A DNA stretch of 64,000 nt from Mobula hypostoma (taxonomy: Eukaryota). The stretch lies in contig NC_086097.1 of assembly GCF_963921235.1 (NCBI RefSeq), forward strand, positions 249,738,001 to 249,802,000, read 5' to 3'. How positions within the stretch are numbered: the stretch's first letter is position 1; each line of letters starts with the position of its first letter. Below are positions 23,831 to 36,036 of this stretch, in pieces. The translations under genes and the position numbers were made by a program. Below the pieces are notes generated by a model, which saw nothing but the letters and a program-made list of their open reading frames with translations, was not told the DNA's origin and made no database searches.

Positions 23831-25785
23831 CTTTCATCATAGCCCTTCTAAAAATCCATGGCGTTACCATCTACAGCATTACCCTTCTGTACAGTAAAAT
23901 CCAAGAGCAAAAAAAAAGCTTAATCATACTAAATTTGCCTTTGGTTAATGAAGTCAATGTTCTGGAAAATGCTGAAGTGTGCCCTCTCCACAGATACTGC
24001 CCGACCTGCTGTGTACCTAAAGCGTTTATTTCAGGACTTCCGTATCTGTGGGTTCTTCCTTTGCAATGGTTTGAACAAGGGCTGTTTGTTGGCTGGTAAC
24101 ACAAATGCCACATTTCACTGTAGGCTTTGATGTAGAAGAGACAAATACATCCGAATCTGAACCGGAACCTGGTCACACCGTTAATGTACGCACAGGCAGG
24201 TTTTTCACTTGCTCCCTTTCAGTTTTCATACCGTCCGGCTGGTGGGGCAGGGGGAAGTTTGAGATAAAGAATATATTCACGATCATTACTTAATATTTCT
24301 CCTCAACAGCATCACACTCGTTCAGACAACTTTCTCTGGCCTAGTCTCACAGACCTGCACCCCGACCATACCCCTCCCATCCATGTACCCATCCAAACTT
24401 TGCTTAAACGTTGAAATCAATCCTGCATCCACCACTTCTGTTGACAGCTCATTCCACACTCTCACCACCCTCAAGTAAAGAAATCTCCCCCCCCCAACTC
24501 AGTATTTGACTTTTCACTCTTAACCCATGACCCCTAGCTCTGGTCTCACCCAAGCTCAGTGGAAAATGCCTACTTGCATTTACCCTGTCTGTACTCTTCA
24601 TCCGCACTCCCACTCCCATCAGGGGGAAGGCAACTCGCCTTCCACGCTAGGAACGCGAGACACAAAAACTCAAAAGCAGTTACTTTCCCCAAGCAGTAAG
24701 GCTGATCAACAACTACACACATTAACCCACCCACCACTACCTTATCTGGTGGCAGCATTAAAAAAACACAATAAGCATAAAGTACACATTAATAAAATGG
24801 TGAAGGTTGTATGGAAGAGCTGCAACTGCCTATGCAGCAAGTCTCCCCTCTCCACACCACCCATGTCAGAGTCACCTCATGTGGCAACACTTCTGTACAC
24901 AGAAATCAGTCTACGAATAAAAGCTAATCTTATATATTTATATTTATTGTAATTTTTATTAATGTATACTTTATGCTTATTGTGTTTCTTTAATGCTGCC
25001 AACAGATCCAGACTAGCAATCATTTCATTCTCCTTTCCACTTGTGTGCTGAAGAATGACAATACACTATCTTGAATCTTGGTTTTGAATTCACAACTATT
25101 ACCAAATATTTAGTGTCAGGGAAACTACAGATGTTTCACTGCAGAGCTCTGTTCAGTTAGCATTGTAATGACAACACAGGCATGGAATTTCCAGAAGGGC
25201 ATGCTACCGGCTGGGTAAACAGAGGGTTCCCATATGCTTGTGCTACACATTCTCGAGGCAAAATACTGTCAGATGTATGTCTGCAAGAATAAAGGCTGTT
25301 CAGCTCTATAAACTGCAATTGAGAAAACTATTTTTACATGTTTTAAAGTAAACATGAAAAACTGTTCATTTTGGAATAGAATATTAGAACACTACAGCTG
25401 GTACAGACTCTTAGTCTTGATCCTAAGATCAATCTAGCCCAGAGGTTCCAGATTTTTTTATCCAAGGACCCCTGCCATTAACCAGACCCCTGCCCTGATC
25501 TAACTCTTCCCTCTGACATAGCCCCCCCATTTTTCTATCATCCATGTGCCTATCTAAACGTGTCTTAAAAGCCCCTAATGTATCTGTCTCAACCACCACG
25601 CTGGCAGAACATTCCAGTACACTCACTACTGAGTAAAAAGCCTACCTCTGACATCCCGCCTATACTTTCCTCCAATCACCTTAAAGTTATGCTCCATCCA
25701 GTTAACCACTTCCACTGTGGGAAAAAGTCTCTGGCTGTCCACTCAATCTATGCCTCTTATCATCTTGCACACAAAAGATCTGGAC

Positions 25786-28700
25786 TACAGAGCGTCGTGG
25801 GAGCTGAATTCTGAAGTAAGGCAGTTTTTAAAAAAAACTTCTTCGAGTGCAAGAAGGACGAGACTGCACAGGCGCGTGACGTCAACAGGACAGCGCGGAG
25901 AGTTTAATAAGGAGACCACCCTATACAGTGGGCAGCTGTCGGAGAGGGCAGCGCAATGAGTGGTAGCAGAGTGTAGGGCTTTGGCGGTAAACGGGAAGAG
26001 GCGAGAGCAAAGCGCCAACTCTTTTTTTCTCCCCCCGCCCTTTCGCGAATCAGCCCCGACAGACAGGAACAGCAGGGCTCTCAAAGCTAATGGTTTAAAA
26101 AGTTCGTCTGTTTGGTGAGGTAAGTGGGTGAGTAGACTTATTTTTCCTGTTTCATTCCTGTAGAATTAGGTAGCATGCCTGCAGGGTTAGTGCTTTGTTC
26201 CGGGTGTCAGATGTGGGAATCCTGGGAGACCTCCAGCCTCCCTGATGGCCACATCTGCGCCAGGTGCACCGAGATGCAGCTCCTCAGAGACCGTGTTAGG
26301 GATCTGGAGCTGCAGCTTGATGACCTACTGCTTATCAGGGAAAGTGAAGAGGTGATAGACAGGAGCTACAGGGAGGTAGACATTCCTAGGCTACAGGAGT
26401 CAGTAGTCATCCCGAGGCTACAGGGGTCAGAAAACTGGGTGACTGTCAAGAGAGGGAAGGGAAATGCCTGGATAGTGGAGAGCACCCCTGTGGCTGTCCC
26501 CCTCAGCAACAAATACCTTGTTCTAGATGCTGTTGAGGGGGATGACCTGACAGGGGATGTCCACGGCGACCAGGTCTCTGGCACTGAGCCTGGCGCTGTT
26601 GTGCAGGAAGGAAGGAGGGAGAAGAGAAATGCGGTAGTCATGGGGGATTCCATAGTCAGGGGAACGGACAGGAGATTCTGTGAGCCTGATAGAGATACCT
26701 GCATGGTGTGTTGCCTCCCAGGTGCCAGGGTACGGGATGTCTTGGATCGGGTCCTAAATATTCTGAAGGGAGAGGGCGAGCAGCCAGTTGCCTTGGTACA
26801 TGTTGGTACCAATGACATAAGATAGGACAAAGGAGGAGGTCCTGAAGAGAGATTTCTGGGAGTTAGGAAGGAAGCTGAGAAGCAGGACCTCCAGGGTAGT
26901 AATCTCAGGATTGCTACCTGTGCCACGTGCTAGCAAGGGCAAGAATAGTAGGATCAAGCAGATGAATGCGTGGCTAAGAGACTGGTGCAGGGGGCAGGGC
27001 TTCAGATTCTTGGATAATTGGGATCTCCTCTGGGGGAAGTATGACCTGTTCAAAAAGGACAGGTTACACCCGAACCCGAAGGGGACTAATATCCTGGCGG
27101 GAAAGTTTAATAGAGCTGTTAGGGAGGGTTTATTTGCAGGGGGATGGGAACCGGAATGACAGAGCAGAGGAAGGGGAAAACAGAAATAAATCTAAGATAG
27201 TCAGCAGTAAAGATGTCAGGAAAGACAGGCAGGTGATGGGGCAGATTTGTAGCCATTGGGATGAGTTGCAGTGCAATAAAGTTGCAGTGAAATCAAAGTG
27301 AAATGTACCAAGTACCGGTCTTAAAGTGTTATACTTCAATGCACGCAGCATAAGGAATAAGGTGGATGATCTTGTTGTACAGCTACAGATTGGCAGGTAT
27401 GATATTGTGACCATCACTGAGACGTGGCTAAAGGATGCATGTCTCTGGGAGCTGAACGTCCAAGGATACACAATGTATCGAAAGGATAGGAAGGTAGGCA
27501 GAGGGGGAGGTGTGGCTTTATTGGTAAGAAATGATATTAAATCATTAGAAAGAGGTGATATAGGATCGGAAGGTGCAGAATCTTTATGGGTTGAGCTAAG
27601 AAATCGCAGGGGTAGAAGGATCCTGATGGCAATTATTTATAGGCCTCCAAACAGCTGCAGGGATGTGGACTACAAATTACAACTGGAAATAGAAAAGGAA
27701 ACTAAGAAGGTCATTAAGAGGGAAAAGATTAACAATGAAAGGAAGCTAGCAAATAATATCAAAGAGGATACTAAAAGCTTTTTCAAGTATATAAAGAGTA
27801 AAAGACAGGTGAGAGTAGATATAGGAGTGATAGCAAATGATGCTGGAGAAATTGTAATGGGAGATAAGGAGATGGCAGTGGAACTGAACGAGTATTTTCC
27901 ATCAGTCTTCACTGAGGAAGACATCAGCAGTATACCGGACACTCAAGGGTGGCAGGGAAGAGAAGTGAGCGTAGTCACAATTACGACAGAGAAAGTACTC
28001 AGGAAGCTGAATAGTCTAAAGGTAGATAAATCTCCCGGACCAGATGGGATGCACCCTCGTGTTCTGAAGGAAGTAGCTGTGGAAATTGCCGAGGCATTAG
28101 CGATGATCTTTCAAAAGTCGATAGATTCTGGCATGGTTCCGGAGGACTGGAAGATTGCAAATGTCACTCCGCTATTTAAGAAGGGGGCAAGGAAGCAAAA
28201 AGGAAATTATAGACCTGTTAGCTTGACATCGATGGTTGGGAAGTTGTTGGAATCGATTGTCAAGGATGAGGTTACAGAGTACCTGGAGGCATGTGACAAG
28301 ATAGGCAGAACTCAGCATGGATTCCTTAAAGGAAAATCCTGCCTGACAAACCTATTACAATTTTTTGAGGAAATTACCAGTAGGCTAGACAAGGGAGATG
28401 CAGTGGATGTTGTATATTTGGGTTTTCAGAAGGCCTTTGACAAGGTGCCACACATGAGGCTACTTAACAAGAGCCCATGGAATTATGGGAAAGTTACATA
28501 CGTGGATTGAGCGTTGGCTGATTGGCAGGAAACAGAGAGTGGGAATAAAGGGATCCTATTCTGGTTGCCTGCCGGTTACCAGTAGTGTTCCACAGGGGTC
28601 CGAGTTGGGGCCGCTTCTTTTTACATTGTACATCAACGATTTGGATTATGGAATGGAATAGATGGCTTTGTCGCTAAGTTTGCTGACGATACGAAGATAG

Positions 28701-29607
28701 GTGGAGGGGCCAGTAGTGCTGAGGAAACAGAGAGTCTGCAGAGAGACTTGGATAGATTGGAAGAATGGGCAAAGAAGTGGCAAATGAAATACAATGATGG
28801 AAGGAGTATGGTTATGCACTTTGGCAGAAGAAATAAATGGGCAGCCTATTATTTAAATGGGGAAAGAATTCAAAGTTCTGAGATGCAACAGGACTTGGGA
28901 GTCCTCGTACAGGATAACCTTAAGGTTAACCTCTAGGTTGAGTCGGTGGTGAAGAAGGCGAATGCAATGTTGGCATTCATTTCTAGAGGAATAGAGTATA
29001 GGAGCAGGGATGTGATGTTGAGGCTCTATAAGGCGCTGGTGAGACCTCACTTGGAGTACCGTGGGCAGTTTTGGTCTCCTTATTTAAGAAAGGATGTGCT
29101 GACGTTGGAGAGGGTACAGAGAAGATTCACTAGAATGATTCCGGGAATGAGAGGGTTAACATATGAGGAACGTTTGTCCGCTCTTGGACTGTATTCCTTG
29201 GAGTTTAGAAGAATGAGGGGAGACCTCATAGAAACATTTCGAATGTTGAAAGGCATGGACAGAGTGGATGTGGCAAAGTTGTTTCCCATGATGGGGGAGT
29301 CTAGTACAAGAGGGCATGACTTAAGGATTGAAGGGCGCCCATTCAGAACAGAAATGCAAAGAAATTTTTTTAGTCAGAGGGTGGTGAATCTATGGAATTT
29401 GTTGCCACAGGCAGCAGTGGAGGCCAAGTCATTGGGTGTATTTAAGGCAGAGATTGATAGGTATCTGAGTAGCCAGGGCATCAAAGGTTATGGTGAGAAG
29501 GCGAGGGAGTGGGACTAAATGGGAGAATGGATCAGCTCATGATAAAATGGCGGAGCAGACTCGATGGGCTGGATGGCCCACTTCTGCTCCTTTGTCTTAT
29601 GGTCTTA
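25786..29607 (+). mobile_element. Near full-length CR1 LINE (ORF1 Zn-finger/coiled coil + SGNH esterase; ORF2 APE + RT), inactivated
   Basis: ORF1 from 26175 with CxxC...CxxC, GDSIVRG, HVGTND and DRLH. ORF2 with YFNARSI, ITETWL, YRPPN and RT motifs including FADD. Premature stops, frameshifts and an internal deletion near 27697. tcttatggtctta tail. Confidence 0.95.
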
Positions 29608-29659
29608 AAATACAATGCAATCAAAAGAAAAATCCAACTTTAGTAATAAAACTCCATTA

Positions 29660-30912
29660 CTCTGTGGTTAAGAAGGCATACTGTGCATTGTCCTTCATCA
29701 ACCGTGGGATTAAGTTTAGGTGCCAAGAGGTAATGTTGCAGCTATATTGGACCGTGGTCAAACCCCACTTGGTGTACTATGCTAAGTTCTGGTCGCCTCA
29801 CTACGGGAAGGATGTGGAAACCATAGAAAGGGTGCAGAGGAGATTTACAAGGATGTTGCCTGGATTGGAGAGCATGCCTGATGAGAATAGGTTAAGTGAA
29901 CTCGGCCTTTTCTCCTTGGAGCGACGGAGGATGAGAGGTACCTGATAGAGGTGTATAAGATGATGAGAGGCATCGATCATGTCCCCTTGCAATGTCCTCT
30001 TGGATTCCATGCTTCCTTATTTTTTCGATAAGCCTGGCATGGGGTACCTTATCAAATGCCTTGCTGAAATCCATATACACTACATCTGCTGCTCTACCTT
30101 CATCAACATGTTTAGTCACATCCACAGAAAATTCAATCAGGCTCATAAGGCACGACCTGCCTTTGACAAAGCCATGCTGACTATTCCAAATCATATTATG
30201 CCTCTCCAAATGTTCATAGATCCTGCCTCTCAGGATCTTCTCCATCAGCTTACCAACCACTGAAGTAAGACTCACTGACCTATAATTTCCTGGGCTATCC
30301 CTACTCCCTTTCTTGAATAAGGGAACAACATCTGCAACCTTCCAATCTCCCGGAACCTCTCCCAACCTCATTAATGATGCAAAGATCATTGCCAGAGGCT
30401 CAGCAATCTCCTTCCTCACTATCCAAAGTAGCCTGGGGTACACCCAGTCCGGTACTGGTGACATATCCAACTTGATGCCTTCCAAAAGCTCCAGAACATC
30501 CTCTACCTTAATATCTACATGCTCAAGCTTTTCAGTCCGCTGCAAGTCATCACTACAAAATCACCAAGATCCTTTTCTGTAGCGAATACTGAAGTAAAGT
30601 ATTCATTAAATACCTCAAGAGACTTTTTCCAGGGCTGAAGTGGCTAACACGAGACGGCACAGTTTTAAGGTGCTTCGAAGTAGGTACAGAGGAGATGTCA
30701 GCAGTGACTTGTTTTACACAGAAAGTGGTGAGTGCGTGGAATGGGCTGCCGGTGACAGCGCTGGAGGCGGATAGGGTCTTTTAAGAGACTACTGGAGCTG
30801 AGAAAAACAGAGGGCTATGGGTAACCCTAGGTAATTTCTAAAATAAGTACATGTTCGGCACGGCATTGTGGGCCGAAAGGCCTGTACTGTGCTGTAGGTT
30901 TTCTATGTTCTA
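29660..30912. mobile_element. Rearranged CR1: plus-strand 3' end containing an inverted upstream RT segment
   Basis: Plus-strand 3' part at 29660-29980 continues at ~30616-30912. A minus-strand RT segment (ORF 29892-30545) lies between. Confidence 0.8.
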
Positions 30913-30956
30913 CCAGCGCTGAAATTTAAGTACTGAAAAGTGGATATGCCTAAGAT

Positions 30957-31152
30957 CAGGGGCTCCCAACCTTTTTTATGTCATGGACCCCTACTATTAA
31001 CCAAGGGGTCCATGGACTCAAGGCTGGGAACTCCTGATTTAGAGATACAGCACAGAATACTAATGTTTTAGACCAGGGGTTCCCAACGTTTTTACGCCAT
31101 AGACCCCTACCACTGACCGAGGGGTCCATGGACCCCAGGTTGGGAACCCCTG
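30957..31152. mobile_element. Two adjacent ~80-bp hAT-type MITEs
   Basis: Copies at 30957-31036 and 31074-31152, each with TIRs resembling caggggttcccaac / gttgggaacccctg. Confidence 0.8.
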
Positions 31153-31702
31153 CCTCAGATACAAACGTTCAGTCCCTGCTGCTCTCTACATTGAATTAGA
31201 ATCTGTCTAATTTTCAGAAGACCATTCCTACTTTTAATCCTGCTTGACAGGAAGAAACCAGCTGCTACATTTTCAGTCGAGCTAACAAAGCATTGTTTTA
31301 TCACTGAGAGAAGTCCTGCCGGATGCTGCATTGACAGATCAACCCTTCAACCACAGATACAGCAACACATCTCAGAACTAGAACAAAACTTAAAGCAGAA
31401 GTGTATAAACTTAAAGGAAAATGAAGAGTGAGAGTTTCGGGGCTCAGTGGCCAAGTATATTGGAGACTGAGGCTGACAGAATTTTAGAGCTTTAGGAAAA
31501 TCAAGGAATAGGGTACTTGCAGAAGGATGGCAGTGAGATAAAAGATTAGCCACAAACACAAGGGATTCTGCAGATGCTGGAAATGCAGAACAACACACAA
31601 AATGCTGGAGGAACTCAGCAGGTCAAGCAGATTCCATGGAGAGGAATAAACAGTTGCGCTCTCAATATTGGTGAGACCCGAAGTAGGCTGGGGGCTGCTT
31701 TT

Positions 31703-33690
31703 CAAGTCAAGTCAAGTTTACTGTCATTTAACTACATACATGTATATAACCATATAATGTATATAGAAATGAGATGTTTCTTCAAACCAGGGATAAAGCA
31801 CAGTAGAGGTACACATAATACACAGTATGTTATGAAGTTAAGGATAGTAGTTGTAGAATACACCTTCTGGTGCCACTAAAATCTACAGATGAATCACACA
31901 TAAATAACAAATTAAATTGCATTAATGTTAAATACTATAAGGTACGGAACAGATTAACTAGTGACATTTCAAATACAATGCGGCCGGGAGTTCAGAAACC
32001 TAATAGCCAGGCAGAAGAAACTGTTTCTCCTCCTGACCATTCTTACTTTTATGCATCGTAGTCTCCTGCCTGATGGTAAAAAGTCAAAGAGGATGCTGGA
32101 TGGATGGGTGGGATCCTTAATAAGGGCCCTGTCTACGTAGCACGCCTGATAAATGTTCCCGATGGATGGTAGGGAGACCCCTATGATCCTCTCAGCTGTT
32201 CTCACAGTCCTCTGTAGGGACTTCTGGTCCGATGCTCCCAGAACAGATGGAGATGCAACTTGTCAGGATGCTCTCAATGGTGCTCCTGTAAAACACAGTT
32301 CTGATGGGAGAGGCGATCCTTGCTTGGGAAAGGAGGTCCTTTAACATCTGCCGGACGATGCTGAGGATGTTCTACGAGTCTGTGGTGGCCAGTGCGATCA
32401 TGTTTGCTGTTGTGTGCTGGAGCAGCAGGCTGAGGGTAGCAGACATCAAAAGAATCAACAAACTCATTCGTAAGGCCAGTGATGTTGTGGGAACGGAACT
32501 GGACTCTCTCACGGTGGTGTCTGAAAAGAGGATACTGTCCAAGTTGCGTGCCATCTTGGACAATGTCTCCCATCCACTACATAATGTACTGGTTGGGCAC
32601 AGGAGTACATTCAGCCAGAGACTCATTCCACCGAGATGCAGCACAGAGCGTCATAGGAAGTCATCCCTGCCTGTGGCCATCAAACTTTACAACTCCTCCC
32701 TTGGAGGGTCAGACACCCTGAGCCAGTAGGCTGGTCCTGGACTTATTTCCTGACACAATTTACATATTACTATTTAACTATTTATGGTTTTATTACTATA
32801 TATTATTTATGGTGCAACTGTAACGAAAACCAATTTCCCCCGGGATCAATAAAGTATGACTATGACTATTGTCTCAATCTTCTTAGGAAGTGGAGGTGCT
32901 TTTGTGCCTTCTTGTTCAGGGAGGTGATATTATGGGACCAGGTGAGGTCATCTGTGATGTAAACTCCCAGGATCCTGGTACACCTACCTCTCTCTATGGA
33001 GGAGCCATGTATTTGTAGAGGGGGATGGTTCATCTGCACCCTCCTGAAGTCCACAATGATTTCCTTTGCTTCTGCACGTTCAGGCTTAGGTTGTTCTTCT
33101 CACAACTATCCACTAGCCACTCCACTTCCTCTCTATACTCCATCTCGTCACCATCCTTGATAAGGTCAACCACTGTTGTGTCATCCACAAACTCGATGAC
33201 AGAGTTTGAGCTGGATCCTGCGACAGTCATGGATCAGCAGTGTGAATAATTGTGGGCTGAGCACACGGCCTTGGGGAGTGCAGTGCTCAGCGTAATGGGA
33301 CGAGAAACATTGCTGCCCACACGGACTGAATGAGGCCTCACTGTTAAGAAGTCCAGTATCCAGTTACAGAGGGAGGCGTTCAGACCCAGTGAGGACAGTT
33401 TCTCCACCAATTTCTGAGGTATGATGGTGTTGAACGGTGAACTGAAGTCTATAAACAGCGGTTTGGCATATTAGACCCCATTTTCCGGGTGGGACAGGAC
33501 AGAGTGGAAGGCAAAGAATATTGCATCGTCAGTGGATCAATTTGAGCAATGAATGATCTGGAAAGGGTCCAGTGTAGTCAGGAGAAAGGTTTTAATGTGC
33601 TCCATGACTAGCCGTTCAAAGCCTTTCATAATGGTTAATATAAATGGCACCAGACGATAGTCATTTGGGCAGGTTACTATCACCTTTGCA
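31703..33690 (-). mobile_element. Rex1/Babar-like LINE (minus arm), interrupted by another Rex1-like copy
   Basis: RT remnants (YRLVP...MKGFERLV, FVDDTTVV, LGVYITDDLTWS). (TTGAC)n tail near 31703-31716. Confidence 0.8.
32329..32866 (+). mobile_element. Rex1/Babar-like LINE 3' end (nested)
   Basis: Near-identical to 1-560. AATAAA plus (ATGACT)n tail. Confidence 0.8.
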
Positions 33691-33693
33691 TAT

Positions 33694-35866
33694 ATCATAT
33701 CCCAGAAACTGGTGGGGAAACTGTCCTCGCTGGGTCTGAACACCTCCCTCTGCAATTGGATACTTCTTAACAGTGAGGCCTCATTCAGTCTGTGTGGGCA
33801 GCAATGTTTCTCGTCCCATTACGCTGAGCACTGGCACTCCCCAAGGCTGTGTGCTCAGCCCACAATTATTCACACTGCTGATGCATGACTGTCGCAGGAT
33901 CCAGCACAAACTCTGTCATCGAGTTTGTGGATGACACAACAGTGGTTGACCTTATCAAGGACGGTGACGAGATGGAGTATAGAGAGGAAGTGGAGCGGCT
34001 GGTGAATAGTTGTGAGAAGAACAACACAGGCCTGAACGCGGAGAAGACAAATGACATCATTGTGGACTTCAGGAAGGTGCAGATGAACCATCCCCCTCTG
34101 CAAATACATGGCTCCTCCGTAGAGAGAGGTAGGTGTACCAGGATCCTGGGAGTTTACATCACAGATGACCTCACCTGGTCCCTTAATATCACCTCCCGGA
34201 ACAAGAAAGCACAGAAGCGCCTCCATTTCTTAAGAAGATTAAGGCAAGCAAGTCTCCCCTCCTCCATCTTAAATGCGTTTTACAAGAGCACCATTGAGAG
34301 CATCCTGACAAGTTGCATCTCCATCTGGTATGGGAGCAAGTGAGCATTGGGGTGATATCAGGTGTCACGTGTAAGGACATGATTGGACAGAGTCGGGAGC
34401 ATGAGCAGAAATGGCAGAATGATCTAGAAACTACCTGTTAAAGACGTGCTTGCTGTTTGCTGTTGCAGATAAACGTTCTAGTTTTAATTCTTCCAGAACA
34501 TGGTTTGTTCTTAGTAACCCACGGTACATGTAAAGAACACAACATGGTGTCGGAAGTCGGTCTGGAAGAATAATTTGTTTCACAAACACGGGAAAAGCGA
34601 AGATAATCGAAAAAAAAGAGCACAAATGTTTTCGTTGTTTGCTAACAGCTTTAAAAATGGAAGTTTTGCAACCCCCATCATCGCTTCAGCTGACTGGAAA
34701 CATAGCTGAAAACTGGAAAAGAGTCTTAGTCCTGGAGAGTGTACAGAGTCAGAATACAGTGGACAGAGGCCAGACTTGCCGGAACAGTACAATATGGATC
34801 TGAAGCGAAACAGTGACAAGAATCAGGATCCAATTGAAGAAGTGAAAGCACAAGTGAAGGAATTGAGAAGTTTATTGAAATGATGAAGTCTCAGCATAAA
34901 AAAGATTACACAGTTAATGAATGAATTGTGATTTCTTCGCAAAGACCTTAAGAAAGAGCCAACTTCAGAGTTTTAGTTAACTGATGCAGGCCAGACAAAA
35001 CAAGGAAATAACAACCAAACACAAGAACTGTGTGAACCACTTAGAATGTCTCCTCGTGTTCGTAAACCCCCAGAGAGACTGATAGAGACATGTTAAATTA
35101 TGCATGTTTGTGTAATGTTGCTAATTGTTTTTCATTTTAAGGAAAGGAAGATGTGGTGATATCACCTGTCACGTGTAAGAATGTGATTGGATAGAGTCGG
35201 GAGTATGCTCAGAAATTACAGAATGATCCAGAAACTGTATGTTAAAGACATGCTTGCTGTTTGTTGTTGTAAATAAATGTTCTAGTTTCAATTCTTCCAG
35301 GATATGGTTTGTTCTTAGTAACCCACGGTTAGTGTAAAGAACACAACAAGCATTGGAGCAGAAGTCGCTACAAAGGACTGTGAGAACAGCCGAGAGGATC
35401 ATGTGGGTCTCCCTTCCATCCATCAGGGACATTTATCAGGAGCACTGCATACGCAGGACCCTGAGTATTATCAAGGATCCCACCCATCCATCCAGCATCC
35501 TCTTTGACTTTTTACCATCAGGCAGGAGACCATGATGCATAGGAGCTAGAACGGTCAGGGTGAGAAACGGTTTCTTCCCCCAGACCATTAGGCTTCTGAA
35601 TTCTCTGCCTCATTGTATTCAAAGTGTCACTGGTTAATCTGTTCCATACCTTACAATATTTAATATTAATGCACTTTGGTATGTTATTTGTGTGTAATTC
35701 ACCTGTAGATTTTTCCTTACCTTTGTAAGTTATCGAGTGCGATGTGAATTATGTGTACCACTGTGCTTTAGTCCCTGGTTCAGAGAAATGTTGTCTCGCT
35801 TCCATATGCATTATATGGTTAGATACATGTATATAGTTAAATGACAATAAATGACTTGACTTGACT
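33694..35866 (+). mobile_element. Rex1/Babar-like LINE (plus arm), interrupted by an LTR element
   Basis: PQGCVLSP region, ORF 33885-34343, continuation 35353-35535. AATAAA plus (TGACT)n tail. Confidence 0.85.
34348..35348 (+). mobile_element. Internally deleted Gypsy-type LTR retrotransposon (TRIM-like, 1001 bp)
   Basis: Two 197-bp TG..CA LTRs (34348-34544, 35152-35348). PBS TGGTGTCGGAAGT, PPT aaggaaaggaaga, 5-bp TSD agcat. Retains a gag N-terminal remnant and an integrase C-terminal remnant. Confidence 0.9.
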
Positions 35867-36036
35867 ACATGTGAAACAGGCAGGATTTCCCTCCAGCATG
35901 TTGTGTTTTACTTAGGATTTCCCTCTAGTCCTAAACTGCCCAACTACAGGAAGCATTGAAGTTCAGAGATGATTGGTAATTTATTGGCAATTTGGTGTAT
36001 TACTGTCACTTCTCAGTACTGAAATTCATGTTATTT

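Noticed and set aside
26120..26163. GT-AG mini-intron in the CR1 5' UTR (gtaagt...cctgtag) before ORF1
   Set aside because: At 44 nt it is too short for a typical vertebrate intron, and there is no transcript evidence.
27326..28510. 394-aa ORF as a functional or domesticated gene
   Set aside because: It is CR1 ORF2 with an in-frame deletion through the endonuclease and a frameshift in the RT.
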